A stretch of DNA of 64,000 nucleotides from Candidatus Poribacteria bacterium (lineage in GTDB: Bacteria; Poribacteria; WGA-4E; WGA-3G): positions 3,402,011 through 3,466,010 of the forward strand of contig OZ253447.1 of assembly GCA_965261115.1 (NCBI GenBank), given 5' to 3'. Position numbers and translations under genes: made by a program. Below, piece by piece: positions 1 to 9,002 of this stretch (positions within the stretch are counted from its first letter, which is position 1; the number at the start of each line of letters is the position of its first letter). Below the pieces are notes generated by a model that did not search any database, had not been told where the DNA came from, and was given only the letters and a program-made list of their open reading frames with translations.

Positions 1-388
1 TGCTGGATTTATGATGGATCGGTTCGGTCGGCGATTTGCGACAGTCCCTGGGATTTGCATTTTTGCGACTGGCATGGTTTTGATGCCGTTTACAGGCTCA
101 TTTACGTGGTTGTTGCTTGCAGCGATCCTAATGCGACTCGGCAACGGTATCGCTTCAGGGACAATGATGACACTCGGTGCCGACTTAGCACCGCGAGAAG
201 GGACGGGTGAGTTCTTAGGTCTGTGGCGGCTCACAGGAGATTTTGGGGGTTCGGCGGGACCGGTTGTCGTCGGGAATCTGGCAGATTTGTTTGGGTTAAG
301 TTATTCCGGTTTCGCGTTGGGCGGTATCGGTTATCTCGCAGTGGGGATTTTCTTGTGGTTGGTCCCCGAAACGTTGCAAAGAGAATGA
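1..388 (+). CDS. MFS transporter, C-terminal fragment (gene starts upstream of window)
   Basis: ORF open to the window edge. Hydrophobic TM segments and a DRFGRR motif like MFS motif A. Stops at 386-388. Confidence 0.6.
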   Translation, partial: AGFMMDRFGRRFATVPGICIFATGMVLMPFTGSFTWLLLAAILMRLGNGIASGTMMTLGADLAPREGTGEFLGLWRLTGDFGGSAGPVVVGNLADLFGLSYSGFALGGIGYLAVGIFLWLVPETLQRE

Positions 389-612
389 CGATCTCTATCT
401 TCGATCTATAGGCAAGAGGATGCCCACACGAAGGATAGTGAACACCTTGTAGGTTTCACCTTCGGGTTAGATACCTTCCGGATAAGTTAAGTGTTCGGTT
501 TCCCTATAGACCTCTGTAGGAGAGACAGCAACATCCTCCATCAAGTTATGATAACCCAAGTTGCTACTAAGGGATTTTGAGCGTTTCAACACAGTTTTTT
601 AGACACTTTCCC

Positions 613-690
613 AACCCCCAGAGGGGTGATATATCTATAGAAACAGTGTATTTAAGCGACCGCACCCCAGAGGGGTGCTATGTCTATAAA
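613..690. repeat. two hairpin-repeat units (CACCCC-AGA-GGGGTG + TATRTCTATA tail), cluster 1 of a window-wide family
   Basis: Perfect palindrome CACCCCAGAGGGGTG at 663-677 followed by CTATGTCTATA. Imperfect copy at 614-640 followed by ATATATCTATA. The same architecture recurs at 58930-59000 and 63421-63590. Confidence 0.6.
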
Positions 691-833
691 TAGGTGGCAA
701 CTTGCGTTATTATAGTAGATCCCGTAATTATTTATACACTTGACATCGGTTCGGTTAGGAAACCGAACTACCGAGGGTTGAAAGTGTGTATTTATTTTTG
801 GGATTTACTATAAAGGTAGGTGACGTTTGAAAC

Positions 834-1670
834 TTACTCATCATTGTTTTCAGGTGGTATGATATCGTCAATATTCACATTCTTGAATGGAATACCGTCG
901 GCTTTTGCCTTTTGGTACCTTTTAAGGAGACGCTTTCCTATCTCATCTTCGGGATCAAGATGGACAACTGCTTCAAGATAGTTGAGGAATTCATCGTCTG
1001 TTATAGGTTGGCCGAGAAGCCATTTTAGATCATAATCGACTTTAGTATGAACTTGTGGGATATCGCCGTGTTCTTGGATGAGTCGTTCACGTTCAAGTTT
1101 TGCCCACAACTGGGGATTTTCCGTTTGGAGTTGATCATTTTTCGATTGGGGGGAGAGTTCTGGCGTGTTTTTTTGGCGGTTTCGAGCGGTTTCGAGGGTG
1201 CGCCGCGTGACATCGCTGGGCCAAAGGTGGAGTTGTGCCTCAAGAAAAGCAATGTATTCATCCAGCGGGACCCGAGTTATTCCCATCGGAACTTTCAGAT
1301 GCCATTCCGCGACGGTGTGAACCTGCGGGATATCGCCAAACTGTTTGACGAGTTGGGCGCGTAAGTATTCGGCGCGTAAAATAGGATCTTCTGTGGTATA
1401 CCAGTCAGGTGGAATTTTTCTTTTTCCGGTGCTGAGTTCGTCTCGAAAATTTTTGGCACGCAGCCGGACAACTTCCATCTCTTGGGTACTTAGATTCGTT
1501 TCATAGGTGGCGAGCGTAGGATCCCAAATTGGTTGGCTTTCCATCTCTACTGTGATTAAATCCAAAGGTGTTACTGTTTCAGGGGCATCCTCCGTGCTTC
1601 CGCAGCCGGTCAAGAGTAAAAAACTGAGAAGGCATTTAAAACAAAAAAGGGAAATCAAAGTCTCTTTCAT
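834..1670 (-). CDS. lipoprotein of unknown function with internal tandem duplication
   Basis: Signal peptide with lipobox LLTGC. Two repeated modules (GDIPQVHT..W..EYIAFLEAQLHLWP and GDIPQVHT..W..EFLNYLEAVVHLDP). Confidence 0.6.
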   Translation of the reverse strand: MKETLISLFCFKCLLSFLLLTGCGSTEDAPETVTPLDLITVEMESQPIWDPTLATYETNLSTQEMEVVRLRAKNFRDELSTGKRKIPPDWYTTEDPILRAEYLRAQLVKQFGDIPQVHTVAEWHLKVPMGITRVPLDEYIAFLEAQLHLWPSDVTRRTLETARNRQKNTPELSPQSKNDQLQTENPQLWAKLERERLIQEHGDIPQVHTKVDYDLKWLLGQPITDDEFLNYLEAVVHLDPEDEIGKRLLKRYQKAKADGIPFKNVNIDDIIPPENNDE

Positions 1671-1783
1671 TTTAAATTCACCTCCATCTGTTGTAGTTGG
1701 TTCTGCTGCCTTGGAACGCGGTTTGACACCATGTGGATCGTTACCGCTATGGCTGTGATGAATATCTTATATTCTTTTGTAGA

Positions 1784-1869
1784 TGCCGGGAAAGGGGCTC
1801 GAACCCTTACGCGCATAATGCACACTAGACCCTGAACCTAGCCTGTCTACCAAATTCCAGCATCCCGGC
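1784..1869 (-). tRNA. tRNA-Leu (anticodon CAG), 86 nt with long variable arm, CCA not encoded
   Basis: Reverse complement folds as a cloverleaf. Acceptor stem GCCGGGA/TCCCGGC. D-loop with GG. Anticodon stem CTAGG/TCTAG with loop TTCAGGG. 16-nt variable arm. T-arm AAGGG-TTCGAGC-CCCTT. Discriminator A. Confidence 0.85.
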
Positions 1870-2072
1870 GAGCAATTATAGTATACCCTAATTTCCGTCC
1901 CTTGTCAAATTATATTTGGTTCCTCAAACTTCAAATACGCTTAGTTCGGAAATCGGATTAAACTTGTAATGCACTTGGCAAGTCTAATGTAATTAATACA
2001 TCAATCACACTTCTGCTAATGGGGCGGTTTGTGGTCGTGACACTTTGTACAGCAAAAAAGGAGTACGAACCT

Positions 2073-2726
2073 ATGAGCGTAAAAATATTGCTATGCGCGA
2101 TACTCGTGCTAAGTCTGGCTGTTAATTACAGTCAAGCCGAGATTGATCCGGACAAGATTGTCGGTGTCTGGTTATTGGACGAAGGCAAGGGGGATACCGC
2201 TGAAGACGCATCCGAAAACGGGCGTAAAGGCACAATTACCAACAGCAAATGGGTGGACGGGAAAGTCGATGGTGCCCTTGAAATCAAGAAGGGTGGAACC
2301 GTTACCATTCCGCTTGGGAAAGGTATAATTGAAGATAAAGTCACCTTCACACTCTGGATAAACTTTACCGACATCGGGGGGCAACAGAACTACTTCTCGA
2401 TATGGGATCAGAGCAACAACCGCTATGTCCCTTACAAGGAGGGGGCAAATGTCCTCCGTAGTTGGACGAACACTTGGAATGTTACCAGTGGTGTGACTGT
2501 TAAGGCGGGGACATGGTATCATGTCGCCAATGTCTACGATGGAGAAACCTGCAAAATCTACGTTGATGGCGAAGAGAAAGTCTCACAAAAGGTGCCGAAG
2601 TTCCAACTTCAAGATCAGGATCAGACGGCGTGGCTCGCTACGGATAAAGGAACCGGTTTCCAATCTGCCACTATTATGGACGAGGTCGGTCTTTTCAACG
2701 ATGGACTCACCGAAGACGAAGTTTAG
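2073..2726 (+). CDS. secreted LamG-like (concanavalin A-like lectin/glucanase) domain protein
   Basis: AAGGAG RBS 8 nt upstream of the ATG at 2073. Signal peptide MSVKILLCAILVLSLAVNYSQA. LamG_3-like motifs (W.H.A.VYDG..IYVDGE). Confidence 0.75.
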   Translation: MSVKILLCAILVLSLAVNYSQAEIDPDKIVGVWLLDEGKGDTAEDASENGRKGTITNSKWVDGKVDGALEIKKGGTVTIPLGKGIIEDKVTFTLWINFTDIGGQQNYFSIWDQSNNRYVPYKEGANVLRSWTNTWNVTSGVTVKAGTWYHVANVYDGETCKIYVDGEEKVSQKVPKFQLQDQDQTAWLATDKGTGFQSATIMDEVGLFNDGLTEDEV

Positions 2727-2878
2727 GGTATTATGAACGACGGTATCCTTTTCACCGCTTTCGCTGTGGATCCGTCGGATAAACTGCCTGTGGTGTGGGG
2801 CAAACTGAAGGCACAATAGCGATAATTTTGCGGTCCCTTTGCTTTACTTGGGACCGCTTTCACAGAAGGAGGGTGCCG

Positions 2879-3367
2879 ATGCAATACTTTGCGTACGGGT
2901 CCAACATGAACGTCTCCCAGACGCAACAACGGTGCCCTGGAATCACTCGTATAGGGACATTTCGACTTGAAGGCTTTCGTCTTATCTTTAACTACCATGC
3001 CGATATTGTTCCCGCGGAGGCGTGTATCGTTCACGGTGGACTCTGGAATATCACAGGAGACCACGAAGTCGCTCTCGATATGTACGAAGGCTACCCTACA
3101 TACTACGGCAAATATTACGAAGACGATGTCATGTTCTATCGCATGAGAGATGCGTCTGAGGATTTACTGCCACCGTCAAAATGGTATCTACAAACCGTCA
3201 TCCAAGGATACAAGGATTTTGGGTTAACACAAGAAAACTTTGAAGAGAGCCTCGGTGTCCAGCAACTTGGGTTAACGCAAACCGACCTTGAAGCGCGGCT
3301 CGGCGTGTCAATGGATGAGCTTGAACAATTATTCTCTCGCGTGGCAACCTCTCCTGTCTATCGGTGA
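2879..3367 (+). CDS. gamma-glutamyl cyclotransferase / AIG2-like family protein
   Basis: N-terminal YFAYGSNM motif typical of GGCT/AIG2-like proteins. AGGAGGG RBS before the ATG at 2879. Confidence 0.7.
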   Translation: MQYFAYGSNMNVSQTQQRCPGITRIGTFRLEGFRLIFNYHADIVPAEACIVHGGLWNITGDHEVALDMYEGYPTYYGKYYEDDVMFYRMRDASEDLLPPSKWYLQTVIQGYKDFGLTQENFEESLGVQQLGLTQTDLEARLGVSMDELEQLFSRVATSPVYR

Positions 3368-3379
3368 ACTCCGCCGTTC

Positions 3380-5110
3380 TTAGATCACCCGTTTCACATA
3401 CACATAATATGCCCCAATAGCCAGTTCACCGGATTCGTCTGTGAACTCGGTGTGCATGCGTGTCTGACCGGCGGTAAGATCGAACGTAAATGTCACACCT
3501 TTCGCATTGGGTGGAATCGCTTGTGTAGCTATCTGCTCTCCAACTCGAATTTGCGCTGTCGTTAACGCTAACGCCTTTCCACCGTTGTAAAGATCGATGT
3601 GCTCACCGGGGATGCCATCCGTTATCGCTCTGTCTTCGGCGAGGGGCCATCGACGCAGTTCAAAACTGTACTGACCATCTTCTGGTACCTCGATCGCCCA
3701 ATAACCGTTGCACTCCATGCCGCGGCGAATCATGCCTTGATTCCACGCGTGTGCTTCCCCGTGCCAATCGTGCGTTGTGATACACGTCACGGGTTCGTTC
3801 TGCGTTCCGATGACAATTGGGCAGTCTTCATCAAATCGCCTTGAAACCAGTTCCCACCACGCTTCATAATGTTCTCGGAGTTCCGCAACGACCTCTGGAT
3901 GTGCGTCGGCAATGTCGTGCTGCTGTCCCGGATCGGCTTGAATATCATAGAGTTCTTTGCCGTTGATGAGTCGCCACTGTTGCGACATCGTCGCGCTGTC
4001 TTTCCACTTGATTGGGTTTTCGACGCGCTGTGAATCGGTAACGATCACCCGTTCTTTCCACACCTCCGTCTCATTCTTCAGCAACGGGGCAATACTGGTG
4101 CCGTGGAAAGTCGTATTTTCGGAGATTTCGAGATCGCAAACGTCTATCAGTGTTGGGAGCAGGTCAATGTTTGCGGTGAGTTCGTGAACCTCTTGCTTTT
4201 CGGTGAACCCGCCGCTGGGCCAATGCATGAACAACGGCACACGATGCCCGCCTTCGTAAGGAGATCCTTTTTTGCCCCGCATCCCTGCGTTATAACCGTC
4301 CCTAACGAACTGTTGAGCATCCAGATTACATCCCATTGCGGAACCGTTATCGGTCATGAAGATAAGGATCGTGTTTTCCTCAAGTCCCAAGACTCGGAGG
4401 TGGTGTCGCAATCGCGCCATATTGTCGTCAATATTGGTTATCATGCCATAGAAATTCGCACGTTCTCCCGGTACGTCTTTCCTTCGGTAAACGTCGCCGT
4501 AAGCATCGGGGACGCGGAACGGACCGTGCGGCGCATTCGTCGAGAGATAGCAAAAAAACGGACGGTTCTGATCGCCTTCAGCCTGACGCTCAATAAACGA
4601 CATTGCTTCCTGAAACCAGACATCGGTGCAGTAACCCTCAAAGGGTTGCTCGGAACCGTTGCGGAAATAGGTGTCGTCGAAATAGTCGTTGCCCCAATAG
4701 TCGGGGGTTTGACTGATACCGCCGCCACCGTGATAGAGTGCCTCATCAAAGCCTCTGTCGTGTGGACGGAAGGGATAATTGTCGCCGAGGTGCCACTTGC
4801 CGAACATAGCCGTCTTATAGCCGTTGCGTCGGAAGATATCTGCCATCGTGACTTCGTCACTGCGGAGAAGCGAACGTCCACCGATGGTATGCCACACGCC
4901 TGTGGAGTTGCAGTAGTGTCCCGTCATGATACCCGCCCGCGTCGGTGAACAGGTGGGCCCGACGTGTAGATTCTGTAGTTGCACACTCTCATTAGCGAGC
5001 GCGTCGAGATTCGGCGTATTGATCACGGGGTTCCCGGTGCATCCTAAATCGCCGTAGCCTTGGTCATCTGTAATGACGAAAACGAGGTTCGGTGTATTCT
5101 GCTGTGCCAC
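3380..5110 (-). CDS. sulfatase (arylsulfatase family, formylglycine-dependent)
   Basis: N-terminal LVFVITDDQGYGDLG. C-x-P-x-R formylglycine motif PTCSPTRAGIMTG. GKWHLG motif. Confidence 0.9.
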   Translation of the reverse strand: MAQQNTPNLVFVITDDQGYGDLGCTGNPVINTPNLDALANESVQLQNLHVGPTCSPTRAGIMTGHYCNSTGVWHTIGGRSLLRSDEVTMADIFRRNGYKTAMFGKWHLGDNYPFRPHDRGFDEALYHGGGGISQTPDYWGNDYFDDTYFRNGSEQPFEGYCTDVWFQEAMSFIERQAEGDQNRPFFCYLSTNAPHGPFRVPDAYGDVYRRKDVPGERANFYGMITNIDDNMARLRHHLRVLGLEENTILIFMTDNGSAMGCNLDAQQFVRDGYNAGMRGKKGSPYEGGHRVPLFMHWPSGGFTEKQEVHELTANIDLLPTLIDVCDLEISENTTFHGTSIAPLLKNETEVWKERVIVTDSQRVENPIKWKDSATMSQQWRLINGKELYDIQADPGQQHDIADAHPEVVAELREHYEAWWELVSRRFDEDCPIVIGTQNEPVTCITTHDWHGEAHAWNQGMIRRGMECNGYWAIEVPEDGQYSFELRRWPLAEDRAITDGIPGEHIDLYNGGKALALTTAQIRVGEQIATQAIPPNAKGVTFTFDLTAGQTRMHTEFTDESGELAIGAYYVYVKRVI

Positions 5111-5217
5111 GATTAGTATCTCCTATATGTGCTTAAAAGGCACGCCTACCAGTGATCTGGCGGCGTGCCTAAACGTATGCAACGTTAACAATGCTATAAG
5201 ACAAGATTGATAAAGCT

Positions 5218-6405
5218 TTAGGCTAATGCCTTTTTGATGCGATCCAATCCGCGATTGATCTCTGTCAATGAGGTAGCAAAAGAGAGTCGTAGATGGTTAT
5301 CGGCCCCGAATCCATTGCCCGGCACAACGCCGACACCTGCCGAATTGAGCAGGTAATCGGTAATATCCATCGAACCTTCAATCTTCTGTCCACCGATTGT
5401 TCTGCCGTAGTGGTCAGAGAAATCGGGGAAGATGTAGAACGCGCCTTGTGGTTTGACATAACTGACACCGTTAATCTCGTCGAAACGCTGACAGATGACG
5501 TCTCGGCGTTCTTCAAACGCTTTCCGCATCTCTTCAACAGCGTCTTGCGGTTCATTCAATGCGACCACCGCAGCTTTCTGTGCAATAGATGTCGGGTTTG
5601 AAGTGCTGTGCGATTGGATACGCGACATCGCTGAGATTGCGTCTTCGGGACCCGCGGTATACCCAATCCGCCACCCCGTCATTGAGTAGGCTTTAGAGAC
5701 ACCGTTGACAACAAAGGTAATCGCTTTTGTCTCTTCGTTGAAGGAAGCCGGACTCTGATGCGTCGCATCGTCATAAAGCAGTGCCTCATAAATTTCATCG
5801 GAGATGAGGTAGACCTGATGTTTAACGGCAAGTGCAGCGATCGCTTTAAGGGTGTCCAGATCGTAGGTGGTACCGGTCGGATTGCTCGGACTGTTAACGA
5901 GGATCGCCTTTGTCTTTGCGGTTATCGCTGCTTCGACTTGATCCGGTGCCATACAGAAGTTCTGCGTCGGTGTCGTCTCGATGACGCGCGGTACTGCGCC
6001 TGCAAGTTTAATCTGTTCTGGATAACTTACCCAATACGGCGCGGCGAAGATGACCTCGTCACCCGGATCGCAGATGGCTTGTAAGATGTTATAGATGGTA
6101 TGCTTGGCACCGCAGGAGACGATAACTTCGGAGGATTGATAACTCAATCCGTTATCCCGTTTGAACTTCTCGGTGATTGCCTCTCGGAGTTCGGGGGTAC
6201 CGGGGACAGGGGTGTATTTCGTGAACCCGGCATCGAGTGCGGCGATTGCGGCGGCTTTGATATAATCGGGTGTATCAAAATCGGGTTCACCAGCCCCGAA
6301 TTTGACGACATCTACGCCATCAGCGATCAACGCATTAATCTTCGCGGTGATCGCCAAAGTGGACGATGGCGTTACATTTTGACTCCGTTGTGATAATGAG
6401 ATCAT
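5218..6405 (-). CDS. PLP-dependent aminotransferase class I (aspartate aminotransferase-like)
   Basis: Fold-type I aminotransferase motifs including the PLP lysine region SKAYSMTGWRIGY. Confidence 0.9.
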   Translation of the reverse strand: MISLSQRSQNVTPSSTLAITAKINALIADGVDVVKFGAGEPDFDTPDYIKAAAIAALDAGFTKYTPVPGTPELREAITEKFKRDNGLSYQSSEVIVSCGAKHTIYNILQAICDPGDEVIFAAPYWVSYPEQIKLAGAVPRVIETTPTQNFCMAPDQVEAAITAKTKAILVNSPSNPTGTTYDLDTLKAIAALAVKHQVYLISDEIYEALLYDDATHQSPASFNEETKAITFVVNGVSKAYSMTGWRIGYTAGPEDAISAMSRIQSHSTSNPTSIAQKAAVVALNEPQDAVEEMRKAFEERRDVICQRFDEINGVSYVKPQGAFYIFPDFSDHYGRTIGGQKIEGSMDITDYLLNSAGVGVVPGNGFGADNHLRLSFATSLTEINRGLDRIKKALA

Positions 6406-6430
6406 TCGTTCTCCTTACTTTTAATAAGTC

Positions 6431-6691
6431 TTATTCGTTTCTTAAATAGTATCGGGCGCGAGACTTAGCGAGACGCATCAGATGTTCAAGTTGTAAACAG
6501 TGATTGAGTTCTGCCGTTTCTTTAGAAGTTAGCCCTATTGTTTTTTCTCGGTGGATGAGATCTGCAATGCGCTCCTTTGCATCCTCGGATGGACAAAAGT
6601 CTATTAAATTTTGAGGGGTCGTTCCCGCTGCAATAAAATCAACAATTTCTTGATATGCAGGTGATGTATACATTCTCTGCTTCCTCATCAA
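6431..6691 (-). CDS. small hypothetical protein, partner of the overlapping DUF433-like gene (possible TA-like pair)
   Basis: 86-aa ORF that overlaps the upstream small gene by about 50 nt on the same strand. No recognisable family. Confidence 0.4.
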   Translation of the reverse strand: MMRKQRMYTSPAYQEIVDFIAAGTTPQNLIDFCPSEDAKERIADLIHREKTIGLTSKETAELNHCLQLEHLMRLAKSRARYYLRNE

Positions 6692-6839
6692 GTTGCCTCA
6701 CACGTTCAAGATACGCCTCCACTTCCTCCGTTTTCGCCAAATAGTAGAGGATAGTTGCGTGTATCTTTTCAAGGCTTAAAGTCGGATAGCATAGCAAAAT
6801 TTCTTCGGGACTCGCGCCCTCCAGATAATCTTCCAACAC
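6639..6839 (-). CDS. DUF433-like small protein (canonical start codon missing; reading frame stays open further upstream)
   Basis: IRIKGNRIDIEIVLEDYLEGASPEEILLCYPTLSLEKIHATILYY matches the DUF433 pattern (GTRI..V..IL..G.s.eeIl..YP.Lt.e.I.aal.Y). The in-frame upstream extension has no ATG/GTG/TTG. Confidence 0.45.
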   Translation of the reverse strand: MLEDYLEGASPEEILLCYPTLSLEKIHATILYYLAKTEEVEAYLERVRQLDEEAENVYITCISRNC

Positions 6840-7004
6840 AATCTCAATATCAATGCGATTTCCTTTAATCCGGATGACATCTTCTTGAACGAAGTCAAAA
6901 TAATCTTCCAGTCCATTGCTACGCTCCGTCGAATTTTTACATCTGCTTGTAGAGAATAGAGAGCGTTCCGTACAAGCAGGGATACATATTTCTCCTACGC
7001 AGAT

Positions 7005-7969
7005 TCAACTCCCATGTGATGCCAAAAGGGTTTTGAATTCATCAAGGCTATTTACCTGCATCGCGGCACGGCGTAAATCTTTGAGGTGCTGTAATTCTTC
7101 AATGGATTCAAGCATCGGTTTTAACGTTTGCCCACCAATCTCGTCGAATTGAATCTCTAATGCCTCAAGAATACCTTCAATGGTACTTTCTCGTGCACCT
7201 TGTTCAATGCCTTGTTCAATGCCTTGTTCAATGCCTTGTTCAATGCCTTGTTCAATGCCTTGCTGTAGGATATATCGGTAAGTCGATGATTCTAACATGG
7301 GGCCCTCCAACAGATGGCGAATTTCGGCAGGATCAACGATCAAACCGCTCAAAATCCATTGCCATATTAGTAAATTATTCTGCAGATCCGGTGTAAGCGG
7401 ACGAGCAAGCGTCATCCGATTACACTGCTCAACCCACTCAACTCTGGATACACCTTCCGGGGGTTGCATCAGCGGCGTAAACGCCATCAGACTGGTCTGA
7501 TCAGTATCAAAAATAGTTTGTCCATCAAACTCACTCAGCCGGATCACCTGATACTCTATTAGCACATTGTGTCCGGGAAAATCTTGGTTATACTCGCCCG
7601 GGTCATTCCCACCGGCATCTGAACGGAGATAGATAGTAAAAGACAGAATCGGCAAGCCATATCTTTCAAAGCACCTTCCGAAATAGCCGACTTTGCGCTT
7701 TAGTATCTCTGGTGTACTCTCACGACTCACTTGGAACTCAATATCACCAAGACTTCTCTACCGTCCACCTCTGCTTTTGACAAAGTATCCATGCGCCGTA
7801 TCTCAACGGTCGGCAGTTCTGTCTCAAGTTGTTCTATGAACTTCAGTCCGGGGATATTGGTCAGTTTCCGCAATAAATCTTCGGTGAAGGTCCCGAAGAT
7901 GTCCTTACTCACAATATCGAATCGGTTGTGCGGTAAGTTTTCAAAGAATTCGTGCAAACTCTTCTGCAT
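7005..7969 (-). pseudogene. Rpn-family recombination-promoting nuclease/putative transposase (PD-(D/E)XK N-domain + DUF4351 C-domain), frameshifted near 7728-7732
   Basis: ORF 7727-7969 encodes the N-terminal Rpn region (..FDIVSKD..GREVLVIL). It continues into ORF 7005-7730 (EFQVSRES..) after a 1-nt shift. The C-terminus has DUF4351-like ..EGILEALEIQFDEIG..LQHLKDL.. Confidence 0.6.
7196..7262. repeat. perfect 12-bp tandem repeat (TTGTTCAATGCC) x5.5 encoding (GIEQ)n inside the Rpn-like gene
   Basis: Direct reading of the sequence. It translates to QQGIEQGIEQGIEQGIEQGIEQG on the minus strand. Confidence 0.9.
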
Positions 7970-8085
7970 ACAAAGATCCTACACCGACTTATTGATGAAT
8001 GTCAACATTTTTATCGCCTGACTCACGATTATGTGGTGTTGAAGGCAAGGAAACTTAACACTGTCTTGGTACTGGTTGGCTTGTG

Positions 8086-8961
8086 TCACAGCGTCTTATC
8101 AAGTTCTTTCAGCAGATTCCGTTGTTTTCGGGATAAAGACTTTGGAATCTCCACGACCAACCGTACCCGCAAATCACCCTTCCGTCCAGAAGCATCTGCA
8201 GCACCTTGCCCACGCAAGCGGAGTTGTTGCCCAGGTTGCGCGCCTGCTGGAACTTTCAGATCCACATCACCCGTTAGGGTTTGGACTCGAATGGAACCGC
8301 CTAATGCCGCCGTTGTCATAGAGATTTTGGCATCTGTCAACAAGTCGGCACCCTCGCGTGTCAATGTCGGATGCGATTGTACAGCGACTGTTACCAGTAG
8401 ATCACCAGAATTGCCGACACCGAGTGTTTCACCGTGCCCACGGATACGCAGGGTTTGCCCGTCTTGAATGCCGGACGGGATAGTAAGGGTAATACGTTTT
8501 CCTTGGACATTGACCTCTTTCTTACAGCCCAACACCGCATCCGCGAACGAGATACTGAGGTCCATCCGGATGTCGCGTCCACGGGTAGGCCCCGTCGTGC
8601 GCCGCTGCCCGAACGCATCGCCGAATGCATCGTCGAATCTACCGAACCCACCGAATCCGCCGAACCCGCGCCCAAAAATATCGTCCAAGTTTATATGCGT
8701 GAAAATATCGTCCATAGTCCGGTAGCCTTCAAACCCCATCCCGTGAACACCCGCATGCCCATGGGTATCATAAGCACGCTTTTTTTCAGGGTCAGAGAGT
8801 ACCGAATAGGCGTTTGATGCCTCTTTGAACTTCTCTTCTGCCGCTTTGTCGCCAGGATTCTTGTCTGGATGGTACTGGACTGCGAGTTTGCGATAGGCTT
8901 TCTTGATTTCTTCAGGAGTAGCACCCCGATCTACGCCGAGGATTTCATAGTAGTCTCTCAT
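8086..8961 (-). CDS. J-domain chaperone, DnaJ class II / CbpA-like (no zinc-finger CxxCxGxG)
   Basis: N-terminal J domain with HPD ([20 protein letters not shown]). G/F-rich linker. DnaJ C-terminal domains. Confidence 0.85.
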   Translation of the reverse strand: MRDYYEILGVDRGATPEEIKKAYRKLAVQYHPDKNPGDKAAEEKFKEASNAYSVLSDPEKKRAYDTHGHAGVHGMGFEGYRTMDDIFTHINLDDIFGRGFGGFGGFGRFDDAFGDAFGQRRTTGPTRGRDIRMDLSISFADAVLGCKKEVNVQGKRITLTIPSGIQDGQTLRIRGHGETLGVGNSGDLLVTVAVQSHPTLTREGADLLTDAKISMTTAALGGSIRVQTLTGDVDLKVPAGAQPGQQLRLRGQGAADASGRKGDLRVRLVVEIPKSLSRKQRNLLKELDKTL

Positions 8962-9002
8962 GGTATTTTCTGAAGTCGGTACGATGTATACTTATTTTTT
9001 AA

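Noticed and set aside
1760-1880. Possibility that the tRNA-Leu is an integration site with a 3'-end direct repeat (integrative element boundary)
   Set aside because: No duplicated copy of the tRNA 3' segment and no integrase gene were found nearby. The repeat cluster at 400-830 is separated from the tRNA by a lipoprotein gene.
2727-2819. 30 sense-looking codons in frame after the TAG stop of the LamG gene (possible readthrough or frameshift extension)
   Set aside because: The LamG domain is complete before the stop (…DEVGLFNDGLTEDEV). The extension has no recognisable motif and no independent support. Most likely it is chance or a short untranslated tail.
4103-4948. Long antisense ORFs (4103-4948, 7952-8467, 9846-10421, 16287-16841, 59232-59543 and similar)
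   Set aside because: They lie opposite well-supported genes (sulfatase, DnaJ, MtnK, ugd/DUF309, IS4 transposase), have low-complexity or arginine/cysteine-rich composition, and have no motifs. They are typical shadow ORFs.
7160-7396. Repetitive CLVQCLVQ ORF on the plus strand and possible CRISPR-like array
   Set aside because: The repeats are contiguous 12-bp tandem units without spacers, and they lie inside a minus-strand coding region (GIEQ repeats of the Rpn-like gene). This is not a CRISPR array, and the plus-strand ORF is a shadow.
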